Shown here: positions 60,498 to 64,000 of the stretch, in pieces
Numbering within the stretch: the stretch's first letter is position 1
Layout of the letters: each line of letters opens with the position of its first letter
Assembly: GCA_965226495.1 (NCBI GenBank)
Contig: OZ245365.1
Location: 4,064,001 to 4,128,000, forward strand
Reading direction: 5' to 3'
Length of the DNA: 64,000 nucleotides
From: Candidatus Marinacidobacterales bacterium
Lineage (GTDB): Bacteria; Acidobacteriota; Vicinamibacteria; Marinacidobacterales; DATDRI01
Notes under the pieces: model-generated
What the model was told of the DNA's origin: nothing
What the model saw: only the letters and a program-made list of their open reading frames with translations
The model's database searches: none
Program-made: the position numbers and the translations under genes

Positions 60498-62770
60498 AAC
60501 CGCCATCCGCCCCTGAACCCAGGGAGGCCGGCCTCCTCGTCGCAGCCGCGGCTCTTTTTTGTTTGAGCGGTATCGCGGCGCTCGTATACCAAGTCACCTG
60601 GCAGCGCATTCTGGCGCTGCACAGCGGGATGGGCATCTATTCGGTGGCGATGATCATCGCTTCGTTCATGGCCGGCCTCGGTATCGGAAGCCACCTGGGT
60701 GGAGTCGTAAGCACTCGAAAGAGCCCTCGGACCGCGCTTCGGATCTTCGCGACCTTGGAGATTGCGGTCGCTGGCTTCGGTGCCATCAGCTGTTCACTGT
60801 TCTACGACGTCTTGTATCTCGAGGCGCCCTGGCTCTACACGACCTCCTGGCGGGTGGGTCTCTTTCATTTCTTGGCCCTTTTGCCTCCGACATGTCTTAT
60901 GGGAATGTCTCTCCCTTTCCTCGTGCAAGCCATGGTGCGGAACGTGAGCACCGCAGGGCGAACCATCGGCTACCTTTACGGAGTCAACGTGGTCGGCGCG
61001 AGCATCGGCGCTTTCATCACCCCTTGGATCCTGATCCGTTTTCTCGGAGTCCGGGAAGCGGTGATGGTGGCGGTGGGATTGAACCTTCTTGCTGGAATAG
61101 GGGCGCTCGTCATCGCATCGATGGTGCCGACGCGACCCACCCGAAAAGAGGTCGCTCGGGCTCCGCGGGATGACTCGGAAACAACTCTCGGGCCCCCATT
61201 CTCCACTTGGCTGCTCTTGTACGCGCTAAGCGGCTTCTGTGCGCTCTCGCTCGAGATCCTTTGGTTTCGCTTGGTCGACGTCGGTGTCCGTGGGACGGCG
61301 TTCGCCTTTGGAACGGTGCTCTCGATCTATTTGTTCGGACTGGCTGCCGGAAGTCTGCTCGGCGCTCAATTCAACGACCGGTTGAAACGCCCCTTGCGCA
61401 CATTCTTGATGTGTCAGTGCGCCATCCTTTTCTACTCGGGCGTCGTCTTACTCCTGCTGGCGGTGTTACCCACCGACCTGCCTGGCTACGCGTGGTTCTT
61501 CGAAATCTGGACGAAAGACCGTGTGGTCGTATTGGGACGAACACAGGACCTAGGTCGCTTGATTCGATTGTACTTGGTGCTCCCCTTGGCTACTTACGGC
61601 GTTCCGACTCTTCTGATGGGATTCTCGTTCACCGTCTTACAACGCGCCGTTCAGGACGATCCGCAGACGAGTGGTCGCAAGGTGGGGTTTCTTCAGGCCG
61701 CCAATATCGCCGGCAACGTCGTGGGAAGTCTCGCCGTCGGCCTGCTGGCGCTCAACGTCTTCGGGACGACCGGTTCGATGCGCGCCCTAGTGTTCGGCGG
61801 CATCGTGTTCGCTCTCGTCGGAATTCGTCAGTACGGGCTTCGAAGCGCTTTTGGCCTTGCAGCAGCAGCATTGCTCGCTCTGGGGGTTGTCATACCTGGG
61901 CAACAGGACTTGTGGAACCGACTACATGGCTTGGTGGGAGACGTAGCTTTGATTGAAGAGGACGCGTCGAGCGTCGTGATCGTGAAACCGGAAGATTCTG
62001 GGTGGCGCGTCGTCGTCAACGGGGTCTACCACAGTTGGCTACCCTACGGCGGCATTCACAGCTTGTTGGGAGCGCTGCCCGCCGTGATGCATCCCAGCCC
62101 CCGGGATGTGGTGGTCATCGGGCTCGGCTCCGGCGATACCGCGTGGGCTGCGGCCAGCCGCGTGGAGACACAAGAGCTTCGAGTCTACGAAATCGCTCGC
62201 CCTCAACTGACTCTTCTGACCAAGTTTGCAGAGTTACACGGTGAGCGCAAGGTCGTTGGTTTCCTCGAAGATCCGCGATTGGAAGTGACCATCACGGACG
62301 GACGAAACGCTCTTTTGACCTCTGACAAGCTCTACGATCTCATCGTGGTCGACGCCCTGCGACCGGTCAGCGCCTACAGCGGCAACCTCCACTCGCTCGA
62401 GTTCCTGGAACGCTGCGCGCTCAAGCTCAAACCGGGTGGATTGATGAGTATCTGGGCCCCCACGACTCGCGGTCGGGCGTCGTTCGCTCGGGCCTTCGCG
62501 CACACCGTCATCTTCGACGGCCCGCGGGTCTTGGTGGGAAGCAACCACCCGATTCAGCTGGATCCGATCGCCTGGAGGGACCACGCGCTCTCGTCGTTTA
62601 CCCGTTCGTACCTGGGTCCATCGGTCGTGCAAGAAGTCGTGACTGCCTTGAAGAGCCCCAACCCAACCCTGAAGGAACGGGGTTCCCCCGGTTCCCCCGA
62701 CGTTGAAGAAGAGCTCAACCGCGATTTGTTTCCACGTGACGAGTTTCTCACCCCCTTCACGTCACGTTAA
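60494..62770 (+). CDS. Fused MFS-like membrane domain / spermidine synthase-like methyltransferase
   Basis: SG..AL.YQ..W.R repeats; VIGLGSGDT; DGR; YDLIVVD. Confidence 0.88.
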   Translation: MKPPSAPEPREAGLLVAAAALFCLSGIAALVYQVTWQRILALHSGMGIYSVAMIIASFMAGLGIGSHLGGVVSTRKSPRTALRIFATLEIAVAGFGAISCSLFYDVLYLEAPWLYTTSWRVGLFHFLALLPPTCLMGMSLPFLVQAMVRNVSTAGRTIGYLYGVNVVGASIGAFITPWILIRFLGVREAVMVAVGLNLLAGIGALVIASMVPTRPTRKEVARAPRDDSETTLGPPFSTWLLLYALSGFCALSLEILWFRLVDVGVRGTAFAFGTVLSIYLFGLAAGSLLGAQFNDRLKRPLRTFLMCQCAILFYSGVVLLLLAVLPTDLPGYAWFFEIWTKDRVVVLGRTQDLGRLIRLYLVLPLATYGVPTLLMGFSFTVLQRAVQDDPQTSGRKVGFLQAANIAGNVVGSLAVGLLALNVFGTTGSMRALVFGGIVFALVGIRQYGLRSAFGLAAAALLALGVVIPGQQDLWNRLHGLVGDVALIEEDASSVVIVKPEDSGWRVVVNGVYHSWLPYGGIHSLLGALPAVMHPSPRDVVVIGLGSGDTAWAAASRVETQELRVYEIARPQLTLLTKFAELHGERKVVGFLEDPRLEVTITDGRNALLTSDKLYDLIVVDALRPVSAYSGNLHSLEFLERCALKLKPGGLMSIWAPTTRGRASFARAFAHTVIFDGPRVLVGSNHPIQLDPIAWRDHALSSFTRSYLGPSVVQEVVTALKSPNPTLKERGSPGSPDVEEELNRDLFPRDEFLTPFTSR

Positions 62771-62841
62771 ATCCGGTCGTCTTCGCCCCACTTGTGTAGC
62801 CGGGCCAGGTTCACTATTCTTCCGCGCGGGAGGACTCGACT

Positions 62842-64000
62842 TTGCAACGACAAACGCTCTTACGGACCGCGGTCGTCATAGCGGTATTGATCGGTTTTGG
62901 TAGCTTGGGGAACTCACAAGATATTGAAGACGCGGTTCGCGCCGAGCTCGACTCGCTCATCGACGTGTACAAACACCTCCATTCTCATCCCGAGCTTTCC
63001 TACCACGAGAAGGAGACGGCGGCGTATCTGGCTCAGTACCTCCGTGAATTGGGTTTCGAGGTTACCGAGGGGATCGGCCGCTATCCTGACCCGGCGCGCG
63101 TTTCCTACGGCCTGGCGGCAGTCATGAAGAACGGAAACGGACCGACGGTTATGGTGCGAACCGATCTCGATGGGCTTCCGGTAGAAGAGAAAACGGGGCT
63201 GCCCTATGCCAGCGAATCAAGAACGACCGACGATGCGGGAGCCGACGTCGGCGTCATGCATGCTTGTGGGCACGATGTGCACATGACTTCCTTTCTTGGA
63301 ACGGCCAAGCTTCTGAGCCGGCTCAAGAGCGAATGGTCGGGGACTCTGGTGATGATCGGCCAACCCGCCGAGGAACGAGGGGCTGGAGCCAAGGCGATGC
63401 TTGAGGATGGTCTTTACGAACGCTTTCCGCGGCCTGATTTCGCAATAGCGCTTCACAGCAACGCGTCGCTACCGGCCGGCGACATCGGTTACTGCTCGGG
63501 GTACGCACTCGCCAACGTGGACTCGGTGGACATTACGGTTCGCGGCGCGGGCGGACATGGCGCCTACCCGCACACCACCAAGGATCCGATCGTCATCGCG
63601 GCGCGCATCGTCGTCGCCTTGCAGACCATCGTCAGCCGCGAGGTGTCGCCTCTGGACTCGGCGGTCGTGACGGTGGGCTCGATTCACGGCGGCAGCAAGC
63701 ACAACATCATCCCCGACCAGGTACATTTGCAGCTCACGGTTCGCTCCTACAAACCGGAGTTGCGAAAACGAGTGCTCGCGTCCATTCGAAGGATTGCCAA
63801 TGGCGTCGCTGCATCGGCCGGCGTTCCGGAGCACCTGGCGCCCATCGTCAATATTGACGAGAGCGAGTACACCCCTACGACCTACAACGACCCTGAGCTT
63901 ACCGCCCGGCTCGTCGCAACGTTCGAGCGGGTGCTGGATTCGGAACACGTCGTCGAAATGGATCCGGTGATGGGTGGTGAGGATTTTTCTCGATATGCCT
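62842..64000 (+). CDS. M20D amidohydrolase (hippurate hydrolase-like), exported; runs off the window
   Basis: Not in the ORF track; GGGAGG RBS + TTG; HPELSYHE, DLDGLP, MHACGHD, QPAEE and GGHGAYP motifs. Confidence 0.9.
   Translation, partial: MQRQTLLRTAVVIAVLIGFGSLGNSQDIEDAVRAELDSLIDVYKHLHSHPELSYHEKETAAYLAQYLRELGFEVTEGIGRYPDPARVSYGLAAVMKNGNGPTVMVRTDLDGLPVEEKTGLPYASESRTTDDAGADVGVMHACGHDVHMTSFLGTAKLLSRLKSEWSGTLVMIGQPAEERGAGAKAMLEDGLYERFPRPDFAIALHSNASLPAGDIGYCSGYALANVDSVDITVRGAGGHGAYPHTTKDPIVIAARIVVALQTIVSREVSPLDSAVVTVGSIHGGSKHNIIPDQVHLQLTVRSYKPELRKRVLASIRRIANGVAASAGVPEHLAPIVNIDESEYTPTTYNDPELTARLVATFERVLDSEHVVEMDPVMGGEDFSRYA

Overview
A GC-rich (roughly 60% by eye) bacterial chromosomal segment. 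Gene content and repeat style suggest Acidobacteriota, possibly Vicinamibacteria-like, but this is inference only. I saw no rRNA, tRNA or CRISPR array. Most of the window is housekeeping or metabolic genes: peptidases, amidohydrolases, DNA glycosylases, an Opp/Dpp ATPase pair, methylmalonyl-CoA mutase, TrmL, RNase HII, a dynamin-like GTPase and a polyamine/GABA catabolic operon. Five things stand out. (1) A membrane-anchored vWA / short PspA / membrane-protein operon diverges from an OmpR-type two-component system, with two CpxR-like direct-repeat boxes between them (20.8-26.1 kb). This is the best candidate for an undescribed envelope-stress or membrane-remodelling system. (2) A scrambled accessory island (29.1-33.9 kb) holds an integron-integrase remnant, IS remnants and a three-gene XRE-HipA-unknown operon. 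That operon lies between a collapsed and an intact copy of the amidohydrolase-gabT locus. (3) A low-GC metallo-beta-lactamase-fold gene is followed by an attC-like hairpin. (4) There are two families of intergenic repeats. (5) Many local duplications, frameshifts and truncations occur, and some may be assembly artefacts. All product calls come from motif recognition by eye, with no database searches.
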